From Bacteroidota bacterium (GTDB taxonomy: Bacteria; Bacteroidota; Bacteroidia; Bacteroidales; B18-G4), in NCBI GenBank assembly GCA_013202965.1, contig JABMQZ010000106.1, positions 3,315 through 67,314 on the forward strand: a DNA stretch of 64,000 nucleotides, read 5' to 3'. The position numbers were made by a program, and so were the translations under genes. Position 1 is the first letter of the stretch. Every line of letters starts with the position of its first letter. This document shows, piece after piece, positions 1-9,495 of the stretch. The notes below the pieces were generated by a model, which was given only the letters and a program-made list of their open reading frames with translations, did not search any database and had not been told where the DNA came from.

Positions 1-376
1 TCGGCATTTTGCAAAATAGCTGTAAATCGTTCATTTGGCTTATTCCTCTTTGGAGGATAAGCAGGAACTCCGATCATGCCAGCGAAAAAACACCCATATA
101 AAGAGAGGATAAACTCTATTCCGCTTGGGAAAAGCAATAATACACGATCACCTTTTTCTCCTGATCTCTGAAGATATGCTGCAATGGATTTCGATCTCTT
201 GACAATCTCCGAACAGCTGATTTTTTCTTTTTCATTTTCACCATCTTCAAGAAAGATATATACAATTTTTTCAGGGTATTTCTCAGCATTTTTCTGAAGT
301 ACTGATACCAGGTTACTGTCCGGGTAACTTGTCTCTTTATCAGAGGAAGTTAGAAATTGTTTGTCCTTGGTACTCA
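1..376 (-). CDS. Fatty acyl-AMP ligase / AMP-dependent synthetase, N-terminal part (gene continues past the left window edge)
   Basis: Not in the ORF track because it is open at the window edge. My own minus-strand translation from the ATG at 374-376 gives MSTKDKQFLTSSDKETSYPDSNLVSVLQKNAEKYPEKIVYIFLEDGENEKEKISCSEIVKRSKSIAAYLQRSGEKGDRVLLLFPSGIEFILSLYGCFFAGMIGVPAYPPKRNKPNERF. This is a typical FAAL-type adenylation-enzyme N-terminus. Confidence 0.7.
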
Positions 377-404
377 TATACAGGAATAAAGGGTGAAACG
401 ATGG

Positions 405-412
405 CAAAACTA
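405..412 (-). promoter_or_regulatory. Candidate Bacteroidota -7 box (TAGTTTTG) for the FAAL gene
   Basis: The minus strand reads TAGTTTTG, matching TAnnTTTG, 29 nt upstream of the ATG at 376. The motif is short, so a chance hit is possible. Confidence 0.3.
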
Positions 413-529
413 CATTTTTTTACGGTATTCTTTTGCCGGCTCATAACAAGGTATAATAATTGCTGTGAAGGAAGTGTAGCCGACAAGATCCGCATCATTC
501 TTGTGTTTCTGAATGTGAAAAGACTGTAT

Positions 530-1942
530 TTATCTGAAAGGACTGGATTCGCTAAACTCCTTACTATTCTTATCCAAACCAAAGATATCCTCGAGATTTT
601 TCATAGGCCGCATACCTTCATACACCAGATTATAATATTGAAGATTCGATCCGTATGACCAGATGGCGGACAAAGGGTTTTTAGTTTGTTTTAGCGTCCT
701 TAAAAACTTCTTTTTAAGAATCTTATCATTATATAAGGCATCCCAGTTTTTTCTGACTTCAGACATAAATACTTCCCTGCTCATGTTTTGGTGATTAAAA
801 ACGACATCCACAAAATCATAAAGCTGCCAGTCCTCAGGGTAATTATTAAATGCGATTTTTTTGTCAGCAGTCATCCTGTTGAAGAGTCCGGTTCCGGGAA
901 GTGGGGTTAGGATGGTTGCCTGCACAGCGTCAATAGCTGCATTGTTGATGTATTCTGTTCTACTGGCCATGGTTTCCGGAGTGTCGCTTTCAAGTCCGTA
1001 AATAAAAGCTCCCAGTATGGATATCCCATATTTGTGGATATTCTCGAACACCTCATCGTAATGATCAATGCCGATCTTAATGTTCAGTATCTTGTTGGTT
1101 TCTTCGAGCTGATCAATCCTTTCCGATTCTATACCAAGAAGTACCATCACACAGCCACTTTTGGCCGCCAGCTCAAGCACTTCTTCATTGTCAGCGAAAT
1201 TTAAAGAAGCAGAACAAAACCATTGCTTTTTGATGCCCCTCTCAAGCATGCCTTTGAAAAGTGCAATAGCCCTTCTCTCTGATTTTTTCCCATATCCGAT
1301 CAGGTTGTCATCAACAAAATAGATTTTTTTATGCGTAATAGTTTCCAGTTCATCCAGGACTTCTTCTACCGGACGCTCCCTGTATTTGTTGCCGTTAAAG
1401 GTATGCACCGAGCAAAAATCGCACATCATCGGGCATCCACGGGTGGTTTGAATGCTGGCAAACTGGTATTTCTTATGAAAAAGATGCCGGGCCGGGTAAA
1501 CAGCATTTTCAAAAGGAAGAAGTTTCCCTTTGTAGATCTTTTGAAGTTGTCCTTTTTCAAAGTCTTCTATCAGCTGCTTCCAGACACTCTCGACCTCGCC
1601 CTTCACTACAGCATCAAAAAACTGAATTGATTCTTCAGTCATCATGGAAGCGTGGATTCCTCCCAGTACAGTAGGAATACCTTTTTTTCGGTAGATGTCA
1701 GCCAGTTCATAAGCACGGGCAACACTGGAGGTAAGTGCTGTGATCCCAACAAGATCAGCTTCGCGATACCTAAACCTTTCAAAGTTTTCATCCAGGATTT
1801 CAACATCCCAGTCTTCAGGTGTAAGTGCTGCTACAATGCCCAATCCTATTGGCGGGTATATCACATGACTGTGAAGGATAAGTCCCTGCCTGTTTGTGCT
1901 CAAAGGATTGATGAGAAGAAGTTTTTTCTTTTTCGATGCCAT
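530..1942 (-). CDS. B12-binding-domain radical SAM enzyme (class B), paralogue A
   Basis: N-terminal cobalamin-binding-like region (LLLINP...DLVGITALTS...TVLGGIHAS). Radical SAM CxxxCxxC motif in TTRGCPMMCDFCSV. DUF4070-like tail. I chose the ATG (MASKKKK) at 1942, because the track start at 1951 is a TTG. Confidence 0.85.
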   Translation of the reverse strand: MASKKKKLLLINPLSTNRQGLILHSHVIYPPIGLGIVAALTPEDWDVEILDENFERFRYREADLVGITALTSSVARAYELADIYRKKGIPTVLGGIHASMMTEESIQFFDAVVKGEVESVWKQLIEDFEKGQLQKIYKGKLLPFENAVYPARHLFHKKYQFASIQTTRGCPMMCDFCSVHTFNGNKYRERPVEEVLDELETITHKKIYFVDDNLIGYGKKSERRAIALFKGMLERGIKKQWFCSASLNFADNEEVLELAAKSGCVMVLLGIESERIDQLEETNKILNIKIGIDHYDEVFENIHKYGISILGAFIYGLESDTPETMASRTEYINNAAIDAVQATILTPLPGTGLFNRMTADKKIAFNNYPEDWQLYDFVDVVFNHQNMSREVFMSEVRKNWDALYNDKILKKKFLRTLKQTKNPLSAIWSYGSNLQYYNLVYEGMRPMKNLEDIFGLDKNSKEFSESSPFR

Positions 1943-1991
1943 GTACGGCAAAAATAATCATTAAAAATTTAATTAATTTATTTCAAGTATA

Positions 1992-1999
1992 TAGATTTG
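1992..1999 (+). promoter_or_regulatory. Candidate -7 box (TAGATTTG) for the ACP-KASIII-SDR-GT2 operon
   Basis: Exact TAnnTTTG match 50 nt upstream of the ACP ATG, in an AT-rich divergent spacer. Confidence 0.35.
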
Positions 2000-2048
2000 T
2001 ACCACTTCATAAAAAAATGTAATTTTACCGCAAATTGAGAGAACAATC

Positions 2049-2291
2049 ATGGTTGCAATTGAAGAATTCATTAAAGGAGTTCAAGGAGAGTTTGAAGACA
2101 TGGAGTCGGGTGCACTGAAGCCCGGCAGCACGATCCAGGAGCATTTTAACTGGGATTCGATCAATGCCCTGATCTTCATCGCACATGTGAATGTAGAATA
2201 TGATGTGGTGATCAATGCTGATGATCTTGTAAACTCCAATACCGTGCAGGACCTCTACAATATCGTGTCATCAAAGGCAAACGCCGCTTAA
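2049..2291 (+). CDS. Acyl carrier protein-like (80 aa)
   Basis: The size, the acidic helical sequence and the candidate phosphopantetheine site WDSINALIF (DS motif) fit an ACP. It sits directly upstream of KASIII. Confidence 0.7.
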   Translation: MVAIEEFIKGVQGEFEDMESGALKPGSTIQEHFNWDSINALIFIAHVNVEYDVVINADDLVNSNTVQDLYNIVSSKANAA

Positions 2292-2299
2292 TATAGCCA

Positions 2300-3355
2300 A
2301 TGGCAGTTTTTAGTATCCCCGATATCAGGATCGCCGGTATCGCCGCATCCGTTCCCCGTCAGGAATATAATAACAGGGGTTATGAATTGATTTCCGAAAA
2401 GGAAAGGGATACCTTTATCAAAATTGCAGGTGTGGAAAAACGCAGGGTCGCTGTTCCGGGGATGGCTACCTCCGATTTGTGTCTGGCAGCTGCACAAAAA
2501 CTTCTTGAGGAGCTAAATTGGAAAACGGAAGATGTTGAATTGTTGATCTTCGTTTCCCAGTCGCGCGATTACCTGATCCCTGCAACAGCAGGTATTTTAC
2601 AGGATAAACTGGGACTTCCGAAGTCATGCATGGCCTTTGATATCAGCCTGGGTTGTTCAGGATATGTTTATGGCCTCTCCGTAATGGGAAGAATGATGGC
2701 CAATGGTGCTATTAAGAAAGGCCTGTTTCTGGTTGGAGATGTCTCCACACAAAATACATCATTTAAAGATAAAAGCACCTTCCCCTTATTTGGGGATGCT
2801 GGTTCTGCAACGGCGATAGAATATGTGAAAGGGGCAGCGGAGATGGCATTTAATCTGCAAACCGATGGAGCTGGTTACAAGGCCATTATCATCCCTGACG
2901 GAGGTATCCGGAATTTTGCGTCCCGTAAATCTTTTGAATACGAGGAGATTTCAGAGGGAATTGTCCGGAATAAATTTCACATTGCTCTCGACGGCCTGGA
3001 AGTATTCAACTTTTCTCTGAGGGAAGTAGCACCCAATATTAAAGCCCTGCTGAAGTATTCTGATAAAGATGTGGAGGATATTGATTATTTTGTGATGCAC
3101 CAGGCCAACAGATTGATGAACGAGACCATCAGGAAACAACTAAAGATCAGCCCGGGAAAATACCCTTATTCCATGAAAGAATACGGGAATACAAGTTCGG
3201 CATCCATACCCCTGACAATTGCTGCTGCCCTTTCGGAAGAGGTGTCTGCCAAAGATTTGAATATGCTGTTTTCCGGCTTTGGGGTCGGGCTTTCCTGGGG
3301 TAGTGTTGTTCTGAAAACAGATAAAATTCTATGCCCTGAAATCATTGAACTCTAA
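2300..3355 (+). CDS. 3-oxoacyl-ACP synthase III (FabH-like KASIII)
   Basis: Catalytic triad contexts are present: ISLGCSGYVYG (Cys), VMHQANRLM (His) and YGNTSSASIP (Asn). Confidence 0.85.
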   Translation: MAVFSIPDIRIAGIAASVPRQEYNNRGYELISEKERDTFIKIAGVEKRRVAVPGMATSDLCLAAAQKLLEELNWKTEDVELLIFVSQSRDYLIPATAGILQDKLGLPKSCMAFDISLGCSGYVYGLSVMGRMMANGAIKKGLFLVGDVSTQNTSFKDKSTFPLFGDAGSATAIEYVKGAAEMAFNLQTDGAGYKAIIIPDGGIRNFASRKSFEYEEISEGIVRNKFHIALDGLEVFNFSLREVAPNIKALLKYSDKDVEDIDYFVMHQANRLMNETIRKQLKISPGKYPYSMKEYGNTSSASIPLTIAAALSEEVSAKDLNMLFSGFGVGLSWGSVVLKTDKILCPEIIEL

Positions 3356-3366
3356 ACCTCCAATAT

Positions 3367-4116
3367 ATGTCTTTTTGTGATCTTAAGGGAAAAATTGTGC
3401 TGGTAACAGGAGCTTCATCCGGGATCGGGATGCAAGCAGCCATCAGCATCAGCAAGCAAGGCGCTACACTCATTATTAGCGGACGTAACAAGGAAAAACT
3501 TGCGGAAACACTCAGCCTGCTTGCAGGAGATAAGCATTTAATGCATTCAGGCGACCTGACAAATGACGAAGACAGAGAGGAGCTCTTACAGATGCTTCCC
3601 AAACTGAATGGTCTGGTGCAATGTGCAGGCATTGTAGGCCCGACACCTGCCAAGTTCATCCGGCAGGATGATATCAAAAAAATGTTCGGGATCAACTACA
3701 GGGTGCCGGTTTTGCTCACTGCCTCCATCCTGCAAAAAAAGAAACTCATGAAGGATGCTTCTGTAGTTTTGATGTCTTCCGTTGTAACCCGCAGTCCGTA
3801 TTTCGGAGGCGCCCTGTATGCAGGATCAAAAGCTGCCATAGAAGCATACACAAAATCACTTGCCCTTGAGCTTGTTGATCGCGGGATACGGGTCAACTGC
3901 CTGTCGCCCGGACTGGTGAATACACCTCTGATCACCGACCCTGCCAAAGAAGCAAACCCTGAGATGGTGGAGGACTCGCTGAAAAGATATATTGCCAAAT
4001 ATCCGATGGGCATCGGGCAGCCTGAGGATGTTGCCAATACCATTGTCTTTCTGTTGTCTGACGAATCGAAATGGATCTCCGGCACCAACATCGACATGGG
4101 CGGGGTGATAAGATGA
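3367..4116 (+). CDS. Short-chain dehydrogenase/reductase (FabG-like ketoreductase)
   Basis: TGASSGIG Rossmann motif and the YAGSKAA catalytic Y-x3-K motif. Confidence 0.85.
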   Translation: MSFCDLKGKIVLVTGASSGIGMQAAISISKQGATLIISGRNKEKLAETLSLLAGDKHLMHSGDLTNDEDREELLQMLPKLNGLVQCAGIVGPTPAKFIRQDDIKKMFGINYRVPVLLTASILQKKKLMKDASVVLMSSVVTRSPYFGGALYAGSKAAIEAYTKSLALELVDRGIRVNCLSPGLVNTPLITDPAKEANPEMVEDSLKRYIAKYPMGIGQPEDVANTIVFLLSDESKWISGTNIDMGGVIR

Positions 4117-4167
4117 GGTATGGGGTATGCGGGGATTTGAGCAATATACCCAGATTTCATTTTTTGC

Positions 4168-4230
4168 ATATTGTATAATACATATTGAATACTGTATACT
4201 GTATATTGTATACTGTATATTGTAAATTAT
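4168..4230. repeat. Tandem heptamer array, 9 units in constant phase (ATATTGT ATAATAC ATATTGA ATACTGT ATACTGT ATATTGT ATACTGT ATATTGT AAATTAT)
   Basis: Read directly from the spacer between the SDR stop (4116) and the GT2 start (4262). A shorter GGTATGG GGTATGC GGGGATT run begins immediately after the stop, at 4117-4137. Confidence 0.85.
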
Positions 4231-4261
4231 CCTATATTTGTTATAACAAACCATTATCCTG

Positions 4262-5185
4262 ATGTCACAACCCGATTATTCAGTGATTGTTCCCGTATTC
4301 AACAGTGATGACACACTGGAGGAGTTATTCGTGAGGACCAAAGCCGTTTTTGAACAAATGGATGCTTCATTCGAATTTGTTTTCGTGGAAGATTGCGGAT
4401 GGGACAACAGCTGGGATGTTCTCAAGAAGCTCAAAGATGAAAACCCGGAAATGGTCACTGCAATTAAGTTGCACAGGAATTACGGGCAGCATAATGCCAC
4501 CGTTTGCGGTTTTAGTTTTGCCCGGGCTGAACGGGTGATCACCATTGATGATGACCTGCAGCATCCTCCTGAAGAAATATCAAAGCTTATTGCGGCCTTT
4601 GATAAAGATGAAGCAGATATCGTTTACGGTATCTTCACCAAAAAGCAACATTCCATGATCCGCAACATGGGAAGCCGCTCCATGAAAAGGACTTCTAAAT
4701 TATTTTTGAAGGGATCGGGTAAAGGATCCTCTTTTCGCCTGATCAAAAAGAAGATCATCGACAAGCTGCTGGAACACAACATTCATTTTGTTTTCATTGA
4801 TGAACTCCTCCTCTGGTACACTGGTGATTTCTCTTTTGTTGAGGTGGAACATCATAAGCGGAAAAGTAAGAAATCGGGGTATTCAACGCAAAAACTCCTG
4901 AGCCTGGTGGCGGATCTGATGTACTTTTATACCAACATTCCTCTCAAGTTAATGGTTTACGGTGGAATGATCGCTTCTTTGGTTTTCTTTCTTTTTGGGA
5001 TGAAGTTTGTCCTGCAAAAATTGTTGTTCGATGTTGCTGTGCCAGGCTATACCTCCACCATTGTAACCATTCTCTTCTCCACCAGCATCATCGTTTTCAG
5101 CCTGGGGGTGATCGGTGGCTACCTGAGCCGGATATATATGGTGCAGAATAAAAAGCCTCCCTTTACGGTGAAAAAAGTCCTTTAA
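4262..5185 (+). CDS. Family 2 glycosyltransferase, GtrB/ArnC-like polyprenyl-phosphate glycosyltransferase
   Basis: N-terminal YSVIVPVFNSDDTLEE, a DDDLQH (DxD) motif and two C-terminal hydrophobic helices. At about 307 aa it is typical of GtrB/ArnC-type enzymes. Confidence 0.8.
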   Translation: MSQPDYSVIVPVFNSDDTLEELFVRTKAVFEQMDASFEFVFVEDCGWDNSWDVLKKLKDENPEMVTAIKLHRNYGQHNATVCGFSFARAERVITIDDDLQHPPEEISKLIAAFDKDEADIVYGIFTKKQHSMIRNMGSRSMKRTSKLFLKGSGKGSSFRLIKKKIIDKLLEHNIHFVFIDELLLWYTGDFSFVEVEHHKRKSKKSGYSTQKLLSLVADLMYFYTNIPLKLMVYGGMIASLVFFLFGMKFVLQKLLFDVAVPGYTSTIVTILFSTSIIVFSLGVIGGYLSRIYMVQNKKPPFTVKKVL

Positions 5186-5268
5186 TGCTTACCGCTTAAC
5201 GGCGACCGTATACCGGCTTCAATAATTTACAAAGATATGCTTCTGCAACAAACATCCTGAAATGTGAT

Positions 5269-6567
5269 CTATTTTTTCAATTCCCTGATCAGCTGCCGGA
5301 TCTGTGTAAAATCACTTTTCTTAAAGATCAAAATCTCTTTCAGGGGAACCTTTACAATGAGGGAGTAGGCGATCATATATCCTATCGAACCTGCAGTGTA
5401 ACTTACATTGGTTGCCATGGCTGCACCTGCACCGCCATATTGCGGGATCCATAAAAGATTGAGCAGAATATTCAGGAGCAAGGCAGGAAGGAAAATGTAA
5501 AGTATGATCTGTGGCTTCCCCAGTCCCGCAAGATGTCCGCTCAGGATCCGGAAGATCACCACCATGATAATACCCGGCAGGATCAACTGGATGATACGTA
5601 TACTTGGAATATACTCAGATCCGAAAATAAGAGGTATTAAGTATGGTACCAGGAAAAAGATGGCAACGGAAGCAATGACAGATAAAAGAAATGAAAGGCG
5701 CACCAATACCCCTGTGGTGGATGTCATGGCTGCCTGATCCCTGGTAGTTGCTGTGCGACTGAAAACCACAATGCCTATGGCCAGCGGTAACAACCACAGT
5801 TGTTCGGCAATAGAAACACCGAGAGAATAAATGCCTACTTCCGTAGCATCCCTTAGCTTTTCAATGAACAGGATATCAATACGAAAATTTAACTGTATGA
5901 TAAAAAAGGATGCTGAAAACAGAATGCCGAGTCTTAACAGGCTTATGATGATTTCTTTATGAATTCTTAGCCTGATCCTGTATGTGTTGCTGATGAGGAC
6001 AATCCCATAGATGGCAACGATAAGTCCGGAAACCAGGAAGGCGATGATGGCTCCAAGAATTTCAAAGCTAAAGGCCCAGACCAGCAAGGCAATCAGGCCG
6101 AGGTTAATGGCATTGGTAATCCAGTTCAGCTGGTTGGCTTTGTTGATCTCATCATCGCCCAGGAATATGCCACCAATGTAAACGATGGCAAGCCTGCCGG
6201 GGATTACCAGTAGCACGAGTCCGATCATTAAGAGCGTAAAAGATGGCTCATCGTAAATCCAATACGTAATGGCGGAAATGATGATGCCAAGTACCGAAGC
6301 CATGATCAGCAGCACGATGACAGAGGAAACCAGCTCATTCTTATCATATTTTCCTTTACCTACATGTAAGATGGCTGAACCGCGGATACCCAAATGCGTA
6401 AGACTGACCACGATCATGGGGATGATCACCAGTGCAGTGAAAATGCCGTATTTATCCGGGCCAAGTACCCGGGCAAGGATGATGCTTGCCAGCAAACCGG
6501 CAATGATAGAAAATGCATTGCTGTTAAAAACACCTATAACATCCCTGACGAACCTTCTTTTTGCCAT
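5269..6567 (-). CDS. Polysaccharide/oligosaccharide flippase (Wzx/MOP superfamily)
   Basis: 432 aa and almost entirely hydrophobic multi-pass membrane sequence, in a glycan-cluster context. Confidence 0.7.
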   Translation of the reverse strand: MAKRRFVRDVIGVFNSNAFSIIAGLLASIILARVLGPDKYGIFTALVIIPMIVVSLTHLGIRGSAILHVGKGKYDKNELVSSVIVLLIMASVLGIIISAITYWIYDEPSFTLLMIGLVLLVIPGRLAIVYIGGIFLGDDEINKANQLNWITNAINLGLIALLVWAFSFEILGAIIAFLVSGLIVAIYGIVLISNTYRIRLRIHKEIIISLLRLGILFSASFFIIQLNFRIDILFIEKLRDATEVGIYSLGVSIAEQLWLLPLAIGIVVFSRTATTRDQAAMTSTTGVLVRLSFLLSVIASVAIFFLVPYLIPLIFGSEYIPSIRIIQLILPGIIMVVIFRILSGHLAGLGKPQIILYIFLPALLLNILLNLLWIPQYGGAGAAMATNVSYTAGSIGYMIAYSLIVKVPLKEILIFKKSDFTQIRQLIRELKK

Positions 6568-6658
6568 GAAAATCCTGATTGCTTTGCGAATGTAAGAAAA
6601 AAGTTGATTTGGGTATCGGGTGCAGGGTTCCAGATACAGGGACAGGCCTGTTCGGTCT

Positions 6659-8035
6659 TTAGTCGTTCTGCAGCCCTTTCAGGAGTATATTCGGATCAAG
6701 CGGGGGTTTTATTCCCCTGAAAACCAGGTTATGCCTTTCCACGTTCGACAGGTAGGCCCAGGCTGCGGCTTTTGCATTACGGGTGGCCTTGAGGCTTCGG
6801 AGCATCTTCTTTTGCAGGAGTTTGTCATTATACATGATCGACCAGTTTTCCTGCATGGCATCCATAAATTCCCTGCTCTGCATCTTCGCCGGCTTATGTA
6901 CAACTTCAAGGAAATGATAATGTTTCCAGTCCTCCGGGAAATTCGTAGAAAGCAGCCTGTTTTCTTTTTCTATCCTGTGGAACAATCCGGTACCGGGCAA
7001 GGGTGTGACGATGGTGGCCTGCATGGCATCCATACCGCTGTCGATGGCAAATTGTGTCCTGTCAAAAAGATCCTGCTTCGAATCACTGTCGAGGCCATAG
7101 ATCAGGGCACCCAATACACTGATGCCGTATTTATGGATGCGATCGAAAACCTCCTGATATTTCTCAATGCCCATCTTCAGGTTCAGTTTTTTATTTATTT
7201 CCTGAAGTTGTTCTTCCTTTTCCGATTCTATACCGATCAGGATCATGCGGCAACCGCTTTCTGCAGCATATTTCAGCACCTCTTCATTATCAGCTACGTT
7301 CAGTGAAGCCTGGCAATACCAGTCTTTCTTTATGCCTCTCCCGATCATGCCCTTGAAGAGGCTGATAGCCCTTTCAGCAGATTGCCTGGAATAGCCGATG
7401 ATATTGTCATCAACGAAATAAACCAGGTCCTGTGGGATGGTTTCAAGTTCATCCAGTACCTCTTCTACGGGCCGCTGGCGGTAACGGCTGCCATTAAATA
7501 TATGAACCGAACAAAAATCGCAGTTCATCGGGCAACCCCGTGTCGTTTGTATGTTGGCATAGGTATAGTAAGGATGAAACAGATCGCGCCTGGGGATGGG
7601 CATATTCACCATTGGCAGCAATTCTCCCTGGTAGCGGTTTTTAAGCTTGCCCTTTTCAAAATCATTGATAAGATGCCTCCATGTACTTTCAGCTTCACCG
7701 ATTAAGACAACATCAAAAAAAGTTGCTGCTTCATCAGCAAGCATGGATGCATGGATCCCACCAATTACTGTTGGGATGTTCGCTTTTCTATATATGGAAG
7801 AGAGCTCATAAGCCCTGTTGATGTTAGCAGTTACTGCAGTAATGCCGACCAGATCAGCTTCTTTGAATTTGAATTCATCAAAATTTTCGTCTATGATCTC
7901 AATTTCCCAGTCGGGTGGAGTAAGCGAAGCGATGATCCCAAGGGCAAGGGGTGGCGACAGGGCATGTGTGTCGTAATACCCGTGTTTGGTATACTGGTTC
8001 CATGGATTGATCAGGATCAGCTTCTTTTTTTTCAT
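6659..8035 (-). CDS. B12-binding-domain radical SAM enzyme (class B), paralogue B
   Basis: Collinear with paralogue A, about 60% identical by eye. Motifs include TTRGCPMNCDFCSV, IPTVIGGIHAS and QATIVTPLPGTGLF. I chose the MKKKKLILINP start at 8035, and the longer track ORF to 8149 looks like an over-extension. Confidence 0.85.
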   Translation of the reverse strand: MKKKKLILINPWNQYTKHGYYDTHALSPPLALGIIASLTPPDWEIEIIDENFDEFKFKEADLVGITAVTANINRAYELSSIYRKANIPTVIGGIHASMLADEAATFFDVVLIGEAESTWRHLINDFEKGKLKNRYQGELLPMVNMPIPRRDLFHPYYTYANIQTTRGCPMNCDFCSVHIFNGSRYRQRPVEEVLDELETIPQDLVYFVDDNIIGYSRQSAERAISLFKGMIGRGIKKDWYCQASLNVADNEEVLKYAAESGCRMILIGIESEKEEQLQEINKKLNLKMGIEKYQEVFDRIHKYGISVLGALIYGLDSDSKQDLFDRTQFAIDSGMDAMQATIVTPLPGTGLFHRIEKENRLLSTNFPEDWKHYHFLEVVHKPAKMQSREFMDAMQENWSIMYNDKLLQKKMLRSLKATRNAKAAAWAYLSNVERHNLVFRGIKPPLDPNILLKGLQND

Positions 8036-8165
8036 TCTGATTAGCATGCAAAAGTTCTGATACAAAGATATTATTTTTGAAGCATGCTTTGTCCGGGCAG
8101 TTGAAAGCACAGATGAAATGATTAATTTTGCCCATTCAGCATGCTGCATTTAATATGAAGTCAAT

Positions 8166-8831
8166 ATGATTATCTCAAAATACAATATCCGTTACATACG
8201 GCTTCAGGAAGAGGATATTGAGCTGGTTCGAAAGTGGCGAAACCATCCAAGTATTGCCAAATACATGGTATACCGCGAAGAGATCACTCCTGAAATGCAA
8301 AAGAAGTGGTTTGCATCAATCAATAATAATGAGAACCTCTATTTCATCATTGAATATAAGGGGAAGAAGATCGGTCTGATCAATGGAAAGGATATCAACT
8401 GGAAAAAAAAGTCGATGGAAACAGGGATTTTTATCTGGAACAAGCATTACCGGAAGACTCATATCCCAACGCTTTGCACCTTGATATTTGCTGAACTCGG
8501 TGTTTTGATCTGGGGCCTGAAGCCCAGGGCCACAATCCTGAAAAGCAATGACAGGGCACTGAAATATAATAAAATGCTTGGGTTTAAAGTTATTGAGGAT
8601 GATCCTGATAAGGAGTATGTCAAGCTGGCAATGGACAAGGATAGTTCCGGCTTTATCGCAAAGAAACTAAAAGCTGCCCTCTTTTTGCTTGCCGGAAATG
8701 AACCGATCAAGATGGTTTTTGAAAAGGAAGATATTGACAGCGGCCTGCTGGATATAATATTGTCAGGCTTAAATCATTCCCTCATAAAAAATCATGAAAA
8801 AGGGGATGATACGGAAACGTATTATTTCTAG
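8166..8831 (+). CDS. GNAT-family N-acetyltransferase (PseH/WecD-like N-terminus) with a C-terminal extension
   Basis: RLQEEDIELVRKWRNHPSIAKYM...EMQKKWF resembles the N-terminus of sugar N-acetyltransferases of the GNAT fold. The C-terminal ~70 aa are not recognisable. Confidence 0.55.
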   Translation: MIISKYNIRYIRLQEEDIELVRKWRNHPSIAKYMVYREEITPEMQKKWFASINNNENLYFIIEYKGKKIGLINGKDINWKKKSMETGIFIWNKHYRKTHIPTLCTLIFAELGVLIWGLKPRATILKSNDRALKYNKMLGFKVIEDDPDKEYVKLAMDKDSSGFIAKKLKAALFLLAGNEPIKMVFEKEDIDSGLLDIILSGLNHSLIKNHEKGDDTETYYF

Positions 8832-8907
8832 TAAATGAGGAGATGAGCATTCCGGCGCAATATTGCCTGGCATATTTTAATGTTGGGAGCAGAAGCCAGG
8901 CCTAAGC

Positions 8908-9495
8908 TTACTTTTCATAGAAATGCATTTCCCGAATGTATTTGTACACCCGGGGGGGAAGCATATACCTGATGTCTTTCCCTTTTTTTATTGAATCCCT
9001 GATAAAACTGGCTGAGATCTCAAGCAGGGGTGCATCGAACAAGCTGATATTCTGGTGGCCGCGATATTTGCCGGGCTCATAGTTCGGACGGTTGTAAATA
9101 TAAAGGGCATAATTCTCAAGCAACACCTTGTAATTCTTCCATTTATGAAAACTGGGAAGGATGTCGGTGCCCCCGATCAATACAAAGTGCTTGTCAGGGT
9201 ACTTTTCGTCAAGATATGCCAGGGTATCGATGGTATATGATGGCTGGGGCATCTTGAACTCTATGTTACAGGAGCGCATTCGGGCATCATCTTCAACGGC
9301 TATGTTTACCATTGCAAGCCGGTGATAATCGGCCAAAAGGCTGTTCTTCTCTTTGAGGGGGTTCTGGGGGGAAACAACAAACCACACCTCCTTCAGGTCG
9401 GTATATTCTATCATATACTCGGCCAGGATCATATGTCCTGTGTGGATCGGATTAAAAGATCCAAAAAACAAACCGGTCTTTACTTTATCAGGCAT
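8908..9495 (-). CDS. nadD: Nicotinate-nucleotide adenylyltransferase
   Basis: GLFFGSFNPIHTGH (the (H/T)xGH motif) and the overall length. Confidence 0.9.
   Translation of the reverse strand: MPDKVKTGLFFGSFNPIHTGHMILAEYMIEYTDLKEVWFVVSPQNPLKEKNSLLADYHRLAMVNIAVEDDARMRSCNIEFKMPQPSYTIDTLAYLDEKYPDKHFVLIGGTDILPSFHKWKNYKVLLENYALYIYNRPNYEPGKYRGHQNISLFDAPLLEISASFIRDSIKKGKDIRYMLPPRVYKYIREMHFYEK

Noticed and set aside
329-658. 109-aa plus-strand ORF spanning the FAAL/rSAM-A spacer.
   Set aside because: It overlaps the starts or ends of two well-supported minus-strand genes, and its sequence is low-complexity, so it is likely spurious.
1949-1956. TATTTTTG (-7-box-like) on the minus strand, upstream of rSAM-A.
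   Set aside because: It ends only about 7 nt from the preferred ATG (1942) and overlaps the alternative TTG start. That is too close to serve as a normal -7 element, so it was not called.
6620-7306. Long antisense or alternative-frame ORFs in the track, for example 6620-7306(+), 3696-4169(-), 3856-4254(-), 12768-13244(-), 14728-15222(-), 21471-22007(-), 41541-42056(-), 44248-44847(-) and 45503-45940(-).
   Set aside because: Each lies entirely opposite or out of frame to a gene with clear family motifs. Their translations are low-complexity with no recognisable motifs, so they are treated as shadow ORFs.
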